A DNA stretch of 64,000 nt from Zetaproteobacteria bacterium (GTDB lineage Bacteria; Pseudomonadota; Zetaproteobacteria; Mariprofundales; Mariprofundaceae). Position numbers and translations under genes: made by a program. Numbering within the stretch: position 1 is the first letter of the stretch; the number at the start of each line of letters is the position of its first letter. The notes below the pieces were generated by a model. The model saw only the letters and a list, made by a program, of their open reading frames with translations, did no database searches and was not told the DNA's origin. Below are positions 32,376-42,823 of this stretch, piece after piece. Location: assembly GCA_002753275.1 (NCBI GenBank), contig PEAA01000005.1, forward strand, positions 493 to 64,492, given 5' to 3'.

Positions 32376-33176
32376 TTATTGTAGTAGCGCAAGCAAATCT
32401 TTATGTAAGGCGTGTGAATTGGCTGCAATAATGGGGCTGTTGAGTCTTAGCGTTGCAAAAGGATGATTGCCATTAAAATCTGAAATGATACATCCTGCAC
32501 GCTCTGCCAATAGTATGCCGGCAGCATAATCCCAAAGATTTTCATTGCCATGGATGATAAAATCCCCTCGTCCTTTGGCTAACCATGCCCATTCAAGTGC
32601 GCAGCTCCCTAGGTTGCGTTGACTGCGGTAGGGCATGTGCGAGCAAAGGGTGTCGCGTGCTTTTGTGTTGAGTCGTTTGAAGTCAATGTATCCGATAGCA
32701 TTTTGTAGTGCAGAGTTTTTATTGTTAAGTGGGTCTTGGGGTGATCTTTTTTTAGGTTGTGATATTGAAGTCGTGAATATCTCGTCGCTGTAGGGTTGAT
32801 ATATGCAAGCATGTGTTGGTTGTCCGTTTGATATGAGCGCAATCGATGTTGAGAATAGTGGTATGTTTGAGGCGAAGTTGCTGGTCCCATCAAGAGGGTC
32901 AACGCACCAGTAATGATCATTTTTCATGATGTTAACTTGCTCTTTTTGTTGCATCTCTTCACCGAGAAAAGCGATGTGGGGATAGGCTTTTTGCAATCGC
33001 TTTTGTAAATAGTGTTGGCATTGTAAATCCGTCTCGGTAACGATGCTGCCATCTTTTTTAAGGGTGTTGCTTTTGATCTTGTGAAAAGCAGGGAGGATGA
33101 TTTTTTTTCCGGCTTCGATGGCGAGGCTGTTGATGAAGGTCGTTATTTTTTGTTGCGATTGCGATGGTTCTGTCAA
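32376..33176 (-). CDS. Inositol monophosphatase family phosphatase (SuhB/CysQ-like)
   Basis: The IMPase motifs WCVDPLDGTSNF and WDYAAG are present. It is divergent from pfp. Confidence 0.8.
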   Translation of the reverse strand: MTEPSQSQQKITTFINSLAIEAGKKIILPAFHKIKSNTLKKDGSIVTETDLQCQHYLQKRLQKAYPHIAFLGEEMQQKEQVNIMKNDHYWCVDPLDGTSNFASNIPLFSTSIALISNGQPTHACIYQPYSDEIFTTSISQPKKRSPQDPLNNKNSALQNAIGYIDFKRLNTKARDTLCSHMPYRSQRNLGSCALEWAWLAKGRGDFIIHGNENLWDYAAGILLAERAGCIISDFNGNHPFATLRLNSPIIAANSHALHKDLLALLQ

Positions 33177-33223
33177 GGGTTGCTCCTGTGGTGAGCGTTT
33201 ATTTTATAAAAAGTGAGGTGTCT

Positions 33224-34411
33224 ATGCTTAAAGGTAAAATGTTGATTGGTCAATCGGGTGGTCCGACGGCAGTCATTAATGCGTCGTTGGTCGGCGCTAT
33301 TCTCGAAGCGCGTCGTCATGGTTCGATCACAGCTGTTTTGGGTGCCCGTCATGGGATCGCTGGCATTATGAAAGAGGATTTCGTTGATTTGACAACCCCC
33401 AGTGTGGAGTTTCTTGAGAATGTTGCGGCTACCCCTGCGGCTGCGCTTGGTTCTGTGCGTTTGAAGCCGGGGCGTGAGGAGTGCCAAAAGGTTTTTGAAG
33501 TGTTTCAAAAGCATGATGTGCGTTTTTTCTTTTATATTGGCGGGAATGATTCTGCAGAAACCGCATATATTATCTCAGAAATGGCCAAAGAGGCTGCGTA
33601 CGATTTTTGTACGGTTCATATTCCTAAAACCATTGATAATGATTTACGCGTGACCGATCACTGTCCTGGCTTTGCTTCTGCCGCGAAGTTTGTCGCGTTG
33701 GCCTTTATGGGAGATGACCGTGATAATCGCGCGCTTTCGGGTGTGAAAATTAATGTTGTCATGGGGCGTCATGCGGGTTTTCTAACAGCTGCCTCAGCGC
33801 TTGCGCGGCAATCTGAGGGTGATGGTCCGCATTTGATCTATCTGCCTGAACGGGTGTTTGATACGGAGAAGTTTAAGCAGGATGTGCGCGCGGTGATGGA
33901 TCGGTTGGGGCGTTGTGTTGTTGCAGTTTCTGAGGGCGTGGCAGATGCCAATGGCCAACCCATTGCCAGCAGTGGCGAGCGGGATAGCCATGGAAATGTG
34001 CAGTTGTCGGGAACGGGTGCCTTGGGTGATTATTTGTCCGCATTGGTGAAAGAGGCCTTTGCAGGTGATTCTGTGCGGGTGCGCGCAGATACTTTTGGGT
34101 ATTTACAGCGTAGTTTTCCAACGATTGTTTCCAGCGTGGATGCGAAAGAGGCACGAGAAGTGGGGGCTTTTGGTGTGCAGCATGCTGTGCATATGGGTGA
34201 AAGTGGCTCTGTAGCGATCAAACGGGAGTCGAGCCAGCCCTATGCGAGTCGTTATTTTATGACGCCGCTTGCAAGCGTAGCGCGTGAAGCAACAGAGATG
34301 CGCGCAGAATTTATTGCGGAGTCATCCAATGATGTAACCCAAGCATGGATCGAATATGTCGCACCTTTGGTGGGAGATTTGCCGACAATGGCAGGATTTG
34401 ACGGTCTGTGA
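33224..34411 (+). CDS. pfp: Pyrophosphate-dependent 6-phosphofructokinase
   Basis: It is a PFK-A family protein. GGNDS has Asp where ATP-PFKs have the second Gly of GGDGS. PKTIDND has Lys where ATP-PFKs have Gly. Both are the known PPi-specificity determinants. I chose the start MLKGKMLIGQSGGPT at 33224. Confidence 0.85.
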   Translation: MLKGKMLIGQSGGPTAVINASLVGAILEARRHGSITAVLGARHGIAGIMKEDFVDLTTPSVEFLENVAATPAAALGSVRLKPGREECQKVFEVFQKHDVRFFFYIGGNDSAETAYIISEMAKEAAYDFCTVHIPKTIDNDLRVTDHCPGFASAAKFVALAFMGDDRDNRALSGVKINVVMGRHAGFLTAASALARQSEGDGPHLIYLPERVFDTEKFKQDVRAVMDRLGRCVVAVSEGVADANGQPIASSGERDSHGNVQLSGTGALGDYLSALVKEAFAGDSVRVRADTFGYLQRSFPTIVSSVDAKEAREVGAFGVQHAVHMGESGSVAIKRESSQPYASRYFMTPLASVAREATEMRAEFIAESSNDVTQAWIEYVAPLVGDLPTMAGFDGL

Positions 34412-34557
34412 TTGATCAAGAAGTGTGAACGGTGGAGGGAAACTGTACGCTTCTCATTGAAGGCGCTTGTCGCTATCCTTCGGAGCGATGGTTTTCCTCT
34501 AATCCTGAGAGTTGTCAGGAACCACAATAGATAAAATATGCTTTTTTCGGAGTGAGA

Positions 34558-37500
34558 ATGCCGCGTCGCGATGATATTCAATCCATTATGATTTTAGGGG
34601 CAGGTCCCATTGTCATTGGTCAAGCTTGTGAGTTTGATTATTCAGGAGTTCAGGCATGTAAAGCCTTGAAAGAAGAGGGATATCGTGTGGTATTGGTTAA
34701 TTCTAACCCCGCGACCATTATGACGGACCCTGGGTTTGCTGATGCAACCTATATTGAGCCCATCACCTGGGAAGTCGTGGCAAAAATTATTGAAAAAGAA
34801 CGCCCTGATGCCATTTTGCCAACCATGGGTGGGCAGACGGCGTTAAATACTGCACTCTCACTACATAAGCAGGGTGTGTTAGAAAAGTTTGGGGTTAAGT
34901 TGATTGGTGCACAGCCTGAGGCGATTGATAAAGCTGAAGATCGTCTGTTGTTTAAAAAGTGCATGGATAATCTTGGCTTGGAAATGGCACGCGGTGGGTT
35001 TGCCCACTCGATGGATGAGGCCCGTCTGCTTGGCGAGCAGATCGGTTATCCTCTTATCATTCGTCCTTCGTTTACATTGGGTGGATCGGGTGGCGGCATT
35101 GCCTACAATCCCGAAGAGTTTGAACAGATCGTTGCCTCGGGGCTTGATGCCAGCCCAACACGGGAAGTGTTGGTTGAAGAGTCGATTATTGGTTGGAAAG
35201 AGTTTGAGATGGAGGTGATGCGTGACCATCAAGATAATTGTGTAATTATTTGCTCGATTGAAAATCTTGATCCTATGGGCGTGCATACTGGGGATTCCAT
35301 TACGGTTGCTCCAGCACAGACCTTGACTGATAAAGAGTATCAGCGTATGCGCGATGCTTCGATTGCGTGCTTGCGTGAAATTGGTGTCGAGACGGGTGGG
35401 TCCAATGTTCAATTTGCGGTCAATCCACGCGATGGTCGTTTGATTGTGATTGAGATGAATCCACGCGTGTCGCGTTCATCGGCGTTGGCCTCCAAGGCAA
35501 CAGGGTTCCCGATTGCCAAGATTGCGGCGAAATTGGCAGTGGGTTATACGCTCGATGAAATTCGTAATGATATTACCGGTGAAACATTTGCAGCCTTTGA
35601 ACCCACCATTGATTATGTTGTGACCAAATTGCCGCGTTTTGCCTTTGAAAAATTTAAAGGTGCGGACACCCGTTTAACAACCCAAATGAAATCGGTGGGT
35701 GAAGTGATGGCCATTGGTCGTACTTTTACCGAATCGTTGGGCAAAGCGATGCGTGGTTTGGAAGTCGATTCGTGTGGCTTTGATAAGAAGTTGCCCTCAC
35801 ATGATACCGAACAGTTTTTGCAGGAAAAATTGGCTGTTCCTGGCGCTGATCGTTTGTGGTGGGTTGGAGAAGCACTTCGTGCCGGATGGAGTGAATCGCG
35901 CGTTTTTGAACTGACAGCCATTGATCCATGGTTTGTGCGTGAAATTGCGATGATGATTGCCATGGAAGAGTCTCTTCGTGGTCAAGAGGTTGCGTCATTA
36001 AGTGCACAGCAGTGGCTTGATGCCAAGCGTGAAGGGATTTCTGATGAGCGGTTGGCGATGTTACTTGATTGCAATGAGTTGCAAGTGCGTGATGCTCGAC
36101 AATCACTGAATGTTCGTCCTGTTTTTAAGCGGGTTGATACCTGCGCTGCAGAATTTGAAGCCAATACACCTTACCTCTATTCGACTTATGAGGAGGAGTG
36201 TGAGGCTCGCCCTGAATCTCGTAAAAAGATCATGGTGCTGGGGGGGGGGCCAAACCGAATTGGGCAAGGCATTGAGTTTGATTATTGCTGTGTGCATGCT
36301 GCTTTTGCGCTTTCTGAAGATGGCTTTGAAACCATTATGGTTAACTGTAATCCTGAAACGGTTTCAACCGATTACGATACATCGGATCGTCTCTATTTTG
36401 AACCTTTAACCTTTGAAGATGTCATGGCCATTGTCGATGTTGAGAAACCTAATGGTGTGATTGTGCAATTTGGTGGACAGACGCCACTTAAATTGGCGGA
36501 GCGTTTGGAGCGTGCTGGTGTGCCTATCATTGGCACTTCCCCTGATATGATTGACTTGGCAGAAGATCGGGAACGCTTTCAAAAACTGTTGCAAAAACTT
36601 GGCTTACGCCAACCTGAAAATGGTACTGCGCGTTCGTTGGAAGAGGCGTTGTCGGTGGCTGAAACCATTGGATACCCAGTTGTTGTTCGCCCCTCGTATG
36701 TCCTGGGTGGGCGTGCGATGCAGATTGTATATGATGAGCAGGCATTGCGTCGTTATATGGATGAAGCGGTGAGCGTGAGCCATGCGCATCCAGTACTTCT
36801 TGATCGTTTTCTAAACCAAGCGATTGAGCTTGATGTGGATGCACTTTGTGATGGTACCCGTGTTGTTGTTGGCGGTATCATGGAACATATTGAAGAGGCG
36901 GGTGTTCATTCGGGCGATTCTGCCTGTTGTTTGCCTCCCCATTCAATCTCTGAAGCGGTGATTTCGGAGGTGCGCAAGCAGACGGCCGCCCTTGGGTTGG
37001 CGCTCAATGTGAGCGGACTGTTGAATATTCAGTTTGCCTTGCAGGGTGAGGAAATTTATGTGCTTGAAGTGAATCCGCGCGCATCGCGTACCGTTCCTTT
37101 TGTATCCAAAGCGACGGGCGTGCCTCTTGCAAAAGTAGCTGCGCGTATTATGTCAGGTAAATCTCTGGATGATTTAGGTATCGATACAGTGCCTCAACCT
37201 ACGACTTACCGTGCCGTTAAAGAGGCCGTCTTTCCATTTGTGAAATTTCGAGGTGTTGATCCACTGCTTTCTCCAGAGATGAAATCGACCGGAGAAGTGA
37301 TGGGGATAGCCTCGACATTTCCTGCCGCTTTTTATAAAGCACAGTTGGGAGGTGGAACCGTATTACCCAAATCGGGCAGGGTATTTTTATCGGTTCGAGA
37401 CGCGGATAAGCCTCGAGTCGTTGAGTTGGCACGGGTTTTGATTGATGATGGTTTTGAAATCTTGACAACAACGGGGACACACGCACTCCTTGAGCAAGCA

Positions 37501-37779
37501 GGATTGCAAAGTACAAAAGTTGCTAAGGTGGTGGATGGTATTCGCCCACATATTGTTGACCGATTAATGAATAATGAGGTCTCTTTAATTATCAATACCA
37601 CTGAGGGTGTGCGTGCAATTGCCGACTCCAAATCAATTCGTCAAACGGCTCTGGATCGAAATATTGCCTATTTCACAACGGTTGCAGGTGGTTTGGCTGC
37701 TGCACAAGCGATTGCTCAAGGTGGCGATGTAACGGAAGTGAAAAGTATCCAAGCACATTTAAGCGAACTGCTAAAATAA
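34558..37779 (+). CDS. carB: Carbamoyl-phosphate synthase large subunit
   Basis: [30 protein letters not shown] begins the protein, which has duplicated ATP-grasp halves. It is ~1073 aa. Confidence 0.96.
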   Translation: MPRRDDIQSIMILGAGPIVIGQACEFDYSGVQACKALKEEGYRVVLVNSNPATIMTDPGFADATYIEPITWEVVAKIIEKERPDAILPTMGGQTALNTALSLHKQGVLEKFGVKLIGAQPEAIDKAEDRLLFKKCMDNLGLEMARGGFAHSMDEARLLGEQIGYPLIIRPSFTLGGSGGGIAYNPEEFEQIVASGLDASPTREVLVEESIIGWKEFEMEVMRDHQDNCVIICSIENLDPMGVHTGDSITVAPAQTLTDKEYQRMRDASIACLREIGVETGGSNVQFAVNPRDGRLIVIEMNPRVSRSSALASKATGFPIAKIAAKLAVGYTLDEIRNDITGETFAAFEPTIDYVVTKLPRFAFEKFKGADTRLTTQMKSVGEVMAIGRTFTESLGKAMRGLEVDSCGFDKKLPSHDTEQFLQEKLAVPGADRLWWVGEALRAGWSESRVFELTAIDPWFVREIAMMIAMEESLRGQEVASLSAQQWLDAKREGISDERLAMLLDCNELQVRDARQSLNVRPVFKRVDTCAAEFEANTPYLYSTYEEECEARPESRKKIMVLGGGPNRIGQGIEFDYCCVHAAFALSEDGFETIMVNCNPETVSTDYDTSDRLYFEPLTFEDVMAIVDVEKPNGVIVQFGGQTPLKLAERLERAGVPIIGTSPDMIDLAEDRERFQKLLQKLGLRQPENGTARSLEEALSVAETIGYPVVVRPSYVLGGRAMQIVYDEQALRRYMDEAVSVSHAHPVLLDRFLNQAIELDVDALCDGTRVVVGGIMEHIEEAGVHSGDSACCLPPHSISEAVISEVRKQTAALGLALNVSGLLNIQFALQGEEIYVLEVNPRASRTVPFVSKATGVPLAKVAARIMSGKSLDDLGIDTVPQPTTYRAVKEAVFPFVKFRGVDPLLSPEMKSTGEVMGIASTFPAAFYKAQLGGGTVLPKSGRVFLSVRDADKPRVVELARVLIDDGFEILTTTGTHALLEQAGLQSTKVAKVVDGIRPHIVDRLMNNEVSLIINTTEGVRAIADSKSIRQTALDRNIAYFTTVAGGLAAAQAIAQGGDVTEVKSIQAHLSELLK

Positions 37780-37833
37780 TATTTTTTATAAAAAAATGAT
37801 CGTGCCGTCAATTGGTACGAAAAAGGATAAAAC

Positions 37834-38307
37834 ATGGAACGGGTTCCAATGACCAAGCAGGGCGCAGATGCAATGCGCACTGAGCTTGCCTACATTAAAG
37901 GCGAAAAGCGTATGGGTATCATCAAAGCGATTGAAGAGGCGCGCGCACATGGTGACCTCTCAGAAAATGCTGAATACCATGCTGCTAAAGAGGAACAGGG
38001 GTTGAATGAGAGTCGTATTAGCCAATTGGAAGACAAATTGGCTCGGGCACAAATCATTGATCCTTCTTCTATCGTTTCAGATCGTATTGTTTTTGGAGCC
38101 ATGGTAGAACTTCTTGATTGTGATACGGATAAAGTTGTGATTTATCAAATTGTGGGGGAAGATGAATCAAATATTGAACAAGGTCGTATTTCAGTGACTT
38201 CACCTATCGCCCGTGCTTTGATCGGCAAAGAAGAGGGGGATGATGTGGTGGTGCATGCACCATCAGGTGAACGAGCGTATGAAATTCGTAGCGTGAGCTA
38301 TCAATAA
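37834..38307 (+). CDS. greA: Transcription elongation factor GreA
   Basis: It has the PMTKQG...L N-terminus and [15 protein letters not shown], the acidic tip of the coiled coil. The protein is 157 aa. Confidence 0.93.
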   Translation: MERVPMTKQGADAMRTELAYIKGEKRMGIIKAIEEARAHGDLSENAEYHAAKEEQGLNESRISQLEDKLARAQIIDPSSIVSDRIVFGAMVELLDCDTDKVVIYQIVGEDESNIEQGRISVTSPIARALIGKEEGDDVVVHAPSGERAYEIRSVSYQ

Positions 38308-38825
38308 TGAAAGCAAAATGCTTGCAGGCGATGGCGTTGCAACTTTGTGTAGCACTTAGTTTTGCATTGCTGATTGTTCCAGGCTATGTCGTGGCTCCTG
38401 TACTTTTCGCCAAAGCACCAAGTTCAGAAGTTGCGGGTATGCTCGCTGGTGAAATTTTTCATACGGCTAATATGGGCGTACTATTTTTAGGTATTGCCAT
38501 TGCAACTTTTTGGTGGCGCCAGCAACGCAATGGGCGTGCGCGTGCATTGAAGTCTTGGGCGGTTTTACTATCGCTGCTGCTGTTGGTGGCAGTCAATGTC
38601 TATGGGATTGCACCGATCATTGCAGAGCTTAAAGCGCAAGCTATTCATGGTATTACGATGCTTTCGATGGATGACCCATTGCGAAAAGAATTTGGTATGT
38701 GGCATGGCATTAGTGCGTTAACCCATCTTATCGCTTCAATCTTTGCCACGCTTCTTTTGGTGATGACGATATGCGGCCATGGCAATTGTGACAAGGTTGT
38801 TGTCAACGCATCTAAGGCGGTTTAG
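38307..38825 (+). CDS. Four-TM membrane protein, DUF4149/TMEM205-like (assignment from memory)
   Basis: It has four hydrophobic helices. It has a TAATG start/stop overlap with greA. Confidence 0.5.
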   Translation: MKAKCLQAMALQLCVALSFALLIVPGYVVAPVLFAKAPSSEVAGMLAGEIFHTANMGVLFLGIAIATFWWRQQRNGRARALKSWAVLLSLLLLVAVNVYGIAPIIAELKAQAIHGITMLSMDDPLRKEFGMWHGISALTHLIASIFATLLLVMTICGHGNCDKVVVNASKAV

Positions 38826-38841
38826 CCCTTTGCCGACTGAG

Positions 38842-39918
38842 ATGATTGATTGGTTTAAAGCGCGTGTTGAAGATCGTCAATTGATGATTTTATTGATGGC
38901 AATCTTGGTTGTAGTGCTCTTTTTTACTCTTTTTGGTGAGCTTCTGATTCCGATTTTGGTGGCTGGAGCCCTTGCATATGTTCTTGATGGCATGGTGACA
39001 ATATTGATGCGCATTGCAATGCCGCGCTGGTTGGCTGTTGCAATGATTTGCTTGGTGGCATTGATGACGATTTTATTGGCGCTTTTTGCAATGTTGCCAT
39101 CGTTGACCGATCAGGTGGGGCGATTAATCGCAAAAGTTCCTCTTTATGTGCAAGATGCCCGTATTGCCTTACAGCATTTTCAATCCAGTGAGTATGCCAA
39201 TTGGTTTGATGCAGCGCAGTTGCAGCAGTTAATCGCTGCTGTTGCCACAAAAATCCAAAGTTTTGGTGCCGCTATATTATCGTATTCGCTGAACTCTATC
39301 CCAAGCGTTATGACTTTCTTGGTTTATGTGGTTTTGGTTCCGGTGTTGGTCTTTTTTCAATTAAAAGATAAGCCTTTGATGATTGCATGGGTAGAGCATT
39401 TTTTACCTGAAGACCGCGTGTTATTGAATCGTGTGTGGTCTGAGTTTCATGCGCAAGTTGGTAATTATATTCGCGGCCGTTTTTGGGAATCACTGATGGT
39501 GGGCGTGGTGACGGGTGTCGTTTTCTTCGCAATGCATCATGATTATGCCCTGCTCTTGGCCACTTTGACTGGGTTATCTGTTTGGATTCCATTTGTGGGC
39601 GCTGCTGTGGTTACCGTTCCGGTAGTGCTGCTCTCATTTTTTCAATGGGGGTGGAGTGAAACAACGATGTATGCGTTACTGGCTTATGGGATTATTCAAT
39701 TAATTGATGCCAATGTTGTGATTCCATGGCTCTTTTCTGAAGTGGTGAATTTACATCCAGTGGCGATTATTGCTGCGATTTTGATCTTTGGTGGATTTTG
39801 GGGTGTTCTGGGTGTTTTTGTGGCGATTCCTTTGGCTGCACTGGTGCAAAGTATTTTTCTCGTGATTGTTGAACGGTGTGCTGTGTCTGGGGAGGCGGCT
39901 TCGCCGAATAAGGATTGA
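38842..39918 (+). CDS. AI-2E family transporter (PerM/YhhT-like permease)
   Basis: It has ~8 TM helices, and the conserved C-terminal region is LIFGGFWGVLGVFVAIPLAA. The start is uncertain: either the ATG at 38842 or the tracked ATG at 38779, which would overlap the previous gene by 47 nt. Confidence 0.72.
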   Translation: MIDWFKARVEDRQLMILLMAILVVVLFFTLFGELLIPILVAGALAYVLDGMVTILMRIAMPRWLAVAMICLVALMTILLALFAMLPSLTDQVGRLIAKVPLYVQDARIALQHFQSSEYANWFDAAQLQQLIAAVATKIQSFGAAILSYSLNSIPSVMTFLVYVVLVPVLVFFQLKDKPLMIAWVEHFLPEDRVLLNRVWSEFHAQVGNYIRGRFWESLMVGVVTGVVFFAMHHDYALLLATLTGLSVWIPFVGAAVVTVPVVLLSFFQWGWSETTMYALLAYGIIQLIDANVVIPWLFSEVVNLHPVAIIAAILIFGGFWGVLGVFVAIPLAALVQSIFLVIVERCAVSGEAASPNKD

Positions 39919-40421
39919 TTAAATTATTAGCCCGAATTCGACAAAAACATGAAGATAAAAAGTTTGAGGTCGAGTTTTCACAACTTTTAGCTTTTAAAAA
40001 GAGGTTGCAAGAGGCTTTGCATGGCGAGCTTGAACTCTTGCGCCAAGGCTATGAAAATGAGCGTCAGGGATTAACGCCTGGGACAACGGCTTCAAAAGAG
40101 GCTCTTTATCAATATAAAAAAGAGTGCGCATTGGTTGAGCGAAAAATTTATCAGTTTTACGCTGATGAGCGCAAGGAGCGTGAAGCGTTTCTTAAAAATT
40201 ATATGCAACAACACTGCATTGGATTAAGAAAAGCGCCTGAACTGGTTATGAAACATGCGCAAGAGCAGTTCTTAAAAGATGCGATGCAAGATCGAAAAAA
40301 TCTTGATTGTAACCATCTTGAGGTGTGTCGACGCATTGCCGCTTACAAAGATCTTTCACCTTGGCACTGCATGCAATGTGTCCACTATCAAGATGGCTTG
40401 GATACAATGGTGCATCATTGA
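39915..40421 (+). CDS. Hypothetical coiled-coil protein with C-terminal Cys/His cluster (CNHLEVC...HCMQCVH)
   Basis: It is a 168-codon ORF with a protein-like charged composition. Only a TTG start is available, and it overlaps the perM-like stop. I recognised no family. Confidence 0.4.
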   Translation: MIKLLARIRQKHEDKKFEVEFSQLLAFKKRLQEALHGELELLRQGYENERQGLTPGTTASKEALYQYKKECALVERKIYQFYADERKEREAFLKNYMQQHCIGLRKAPELVMKHAQEQFLKDAMQDRKNLDCNHLEVCRRIAAYKDLSPWHCMQCVHYQDGLDTMVHH

Positions 40422-40430
40422 TGGAGCAGG

Positions 40431-41375
40431 TTAAGTTTGACGATGTCGGCGTAGTTTATATTCATACTCTTTAGGGTCTTTAATTTGTGTCATAGCGCCC
40501 TCCCTTGGATTAAGCGCATCATAAAGTCGCGATACCCAAAATCTTAGCGCGCTTAAGCGTAGCATCGCAGGGAGAATCTTCTGTTCATCGGCTGTGAGCG
40601 CACGAATGCTTTGATATCCATCGAGAAAATTTTTCATGCGTGATGAATCATCTTCTTGCAATTGGATGGCCAGTGCATTAACTGCGATGGCAAGGTCCAT
40701 GATCCATGGTGAGGTGTGAGCGTAATAAAAATCAATAATTCCTGAAAGTTGCTCGCCTTCAAACAGAATATTGTCACAAAAGTAGTCCCCATGAATAACC
40801 CCAGTGGGTAGACTTAAACAATTTTGTTGTTGCTGCCAGTTGATCTCATCGTTTAATAGTTGGCTCGTATTGAGTCCATAATTGATGTCGACCTGTTTCT
40901 GAATGGAGGCGATGGTTTGCGTAAGCCAACCGAGGTCGGTTGGGTTTTTTCGCTGCTCTGGAAAAGATGAGCCTGCAAGATGAAGTTTTGCTAAACCCGC
41001 AGCTGCAGAATAGAGCTGCTTTTCGTTGAGATGATCTAAAACTTGACCTGGCATGCAAGAGACAATCGCGCCCTGTTTTCCATTGATTTCAAACAAAAAA
41101 GGCGATGATTTTTCATGTGAAGAGCGTTGTGCTACATCAGGACAGGTAACCCCTTGGGCAGAGAGGTGGGCCATTAAGCGCATGAAATAGGGGAGCTCTT
41201 CGCCATTCATCCGTTCGAAAATGGTTAAAACATAACGGCCTTGTTCGGTGTCGATAAAAAAGTTGCTGTTTTCAATCCCTGCCGCGATTCCTTTAAAGGC
41301 AAGGAGTTTTCCAATTTGGTAATCGTTAAGGATTGAATCGATTTGCTGATGGGTAAGCTCTGTATAGACGGACAT
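40431..41375 (-). CDS. thrB: Homoserine kinase, type II (protein-kinase/APH fold, ThrB2)
   Basis: The N-terminus MSVYTELTHQQIDSILNDYQIGKLLAFKGIAAGIENSNFF parallels Pseudomonas-type ThrB. The APH catalytic motif VIHGDYFCDN is present. Confidence 0.85.
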   Translation of the reverse strand: MSVYTELTHQQIDSILNDYQIGKLLAFKGIAAGIENSNFFIDTEQGRYVLTIFERMNGEELPYFMRLMAHLSAQGVTCPDVAQRSSHEKSSPFLFEINGKQGAIVSCMPGQVLDHLNEKQLYSAAAGLAKLHLAGSSFPEQRKNPTDLGWLTQTIASIQKQVDINYGLNTSQLLNDEINWQQQQNCLSLPTGVIHGDYFCDNILFEGEQLSGIIDFYYAHTSPWIMDLAIAVNALAIQLQEDDSSRMKNFLDGYQSIRALTADEQKILPAMLRLSALRFWVSRLYDALNPREGAMTQIKDPKEYEYKLRRHRQT

Positions 41376-41518
41376 GGGGCAAAGTATGCGTAAGGGTTAA
41401 GAAAAAGCCAGTTCAGCGATTGTTTGAGTGGTTGGTTTTGATAATTGGAAAGATTTACGCCGGTTGTTGTTCGTATGTCATGATAAGGTTAGCGTACGGA
41501 GCATGCAGGTGATTTATT

Positions 41519-42823
41519 ATGGATAGTATCGTTATACACGGCGGAATTCCGCTTCATGGCTCTGTGGAAGCCAGTGGTGCTAAGAATGCAGCGTTACCGC
41601 TGTTGGCTTTGGCAATTTTGGCTGATGAGCCGGTGATTTATCACCGTATTCCACATCTTCAAGATATTTCAACAATGATGACATTGCTTGCCTATCAAGG
41701 TGCAGATGTCACTTTTGATGATCAGAATCGACTACATATCGATTGTCGTAATGCTGATAAACCTGAAGCACCTTATGAATTGGTGAAGACAATGCGAGCT
41801 TCGGCTCTTGTTTTAGGTCCTTTGCTTGCCAAGTTTCGCCGGGCAAAAGTGAGTTTACCTGGTGGATGTGCGATTGGTGCGCGCCCTATTGATCTTCATT
41901 TAAGAGGGCTTGAGGCGATGGGTGCAACCATTTCTGTTGAACATGGCTATGTTACAGCTGAGGTGCCGGATGGACTTAAGGGCGCTCACATTGTTTTTGA
42001 ACAAGTAACGGTGACCGGAACTGAAAATTTAATGATGGCAGCCGTTCTTGCAGAGGGTGAAACTATTTTGGATCGTGCGGCAAGAGAGCCGGAAGTCGTC
42101 AATTTGGCTGATGCCTTGCGTGCATTGGGAGCAGATATTTCAGGGGATGGTACTGATCGTATTGTTGTTCGTGGTGTTAAATCGATTCATGGTGGCGATG
42201 TGTTTACCATCGCCGACCGTATTGAGACGGCAACCTACTTAACAGCGGGATTGATTACGGGGGGAGATGTGACGGTGACCCGTAGCAATCCCGCAGATTT
42301 GCAAGCATTCTTGCGTAAAGTCGAGCAGGCAGGTGCGCTGGTAGAGATTGGTGATGATTGGATTCGTTGTGCGGTGCAAGGGCAATTGCAAGGTGTCAAT
42401 ATGAATACCATGCCTCACCCTGGTTTTCCTACAGATTTACAAGCACAGTTTATGGCGTTGATGTGTTTGGCCGGTGACAGCTCGATTATTCGAGAAACCA
42501 TCTTTGAAAACCGTTTTATGCATGTGCAAGAATTGATTCGTATGGGGGCAAATATTCAACTTGATGGCCATACTGCGATTGTTAAAGGGGTCTCCAAGTT
42601 GTCGGGTGCGCCGGTGATGGCAACTGATCTGCGGGCTTCTGCAGGGTTGGTGCTTGCCGCTTTGGCTGCCGAGGGTGAAACAGTAATTTCACGCGTTTAC
42701 CATATTGATCGAGGCTATGAGCGTATTGAAGAGAAGCTGCGCATATTGGGCGCTCATATTGAGCGCCGAAGTGAGTCCGAAAACTTTGTCCGGGGAGTGA
42801 GATTTGTCGACGAACAGCAATGA
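41519..42823 (+). CDS. murA: UDP-N-acetylglucosamine 1-carboxyvinyltransferase
   Basis: SGAKNAALPLL and the active-site Cys context LPGGCAIGARPIDLH are present. Confidence 0.95.
   Translation: MDSIVIHGGIPLHGSVEASGAKNAALPLLALAILADEPVIYHRIPHLQDISTMMTLLAYQGADVTFDDQNRLHIDCRNADKPEAPYELVKTMRASALVLGPLLAKFRRAKVSLPGGCAIGARPIDLHLRGLEAMGATISVEHGYVTAEVPDGLKGAHIVFEQVTVTGTENLMMAAVLAEGETILDRAAREPEVVNLADALRALGADISGDGTDRIVVRGVKSIHGGDVFTIADRIETATYLTAGLITGGDVTVTRSNPADLQAFLRKVEQAGALVEIGDDWIRCAVQGQLQGVNMNTMPHPGFPTDLQAQFMALMCLAGDSSIIRETIFENRFMHVQELIRMGANIQLDGHTAIVKGVSKLSGAPVMATDLRASAGLVLAALAAEGETVISRVYHIDRGYERIEEKLRILGAHIERRSESENFVRGVRFVDEQQ

Noticed and set aside
37780-37833. This is an A/T-only near-palindrome (TATTTTTTATAAAAAAATG) after carB.
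   Set aside because: It is composed solely of A and T. It is too weak to be a terminator stem and has no flanking conservation that I can assess. It is probably just AT-rich spacer before greA.
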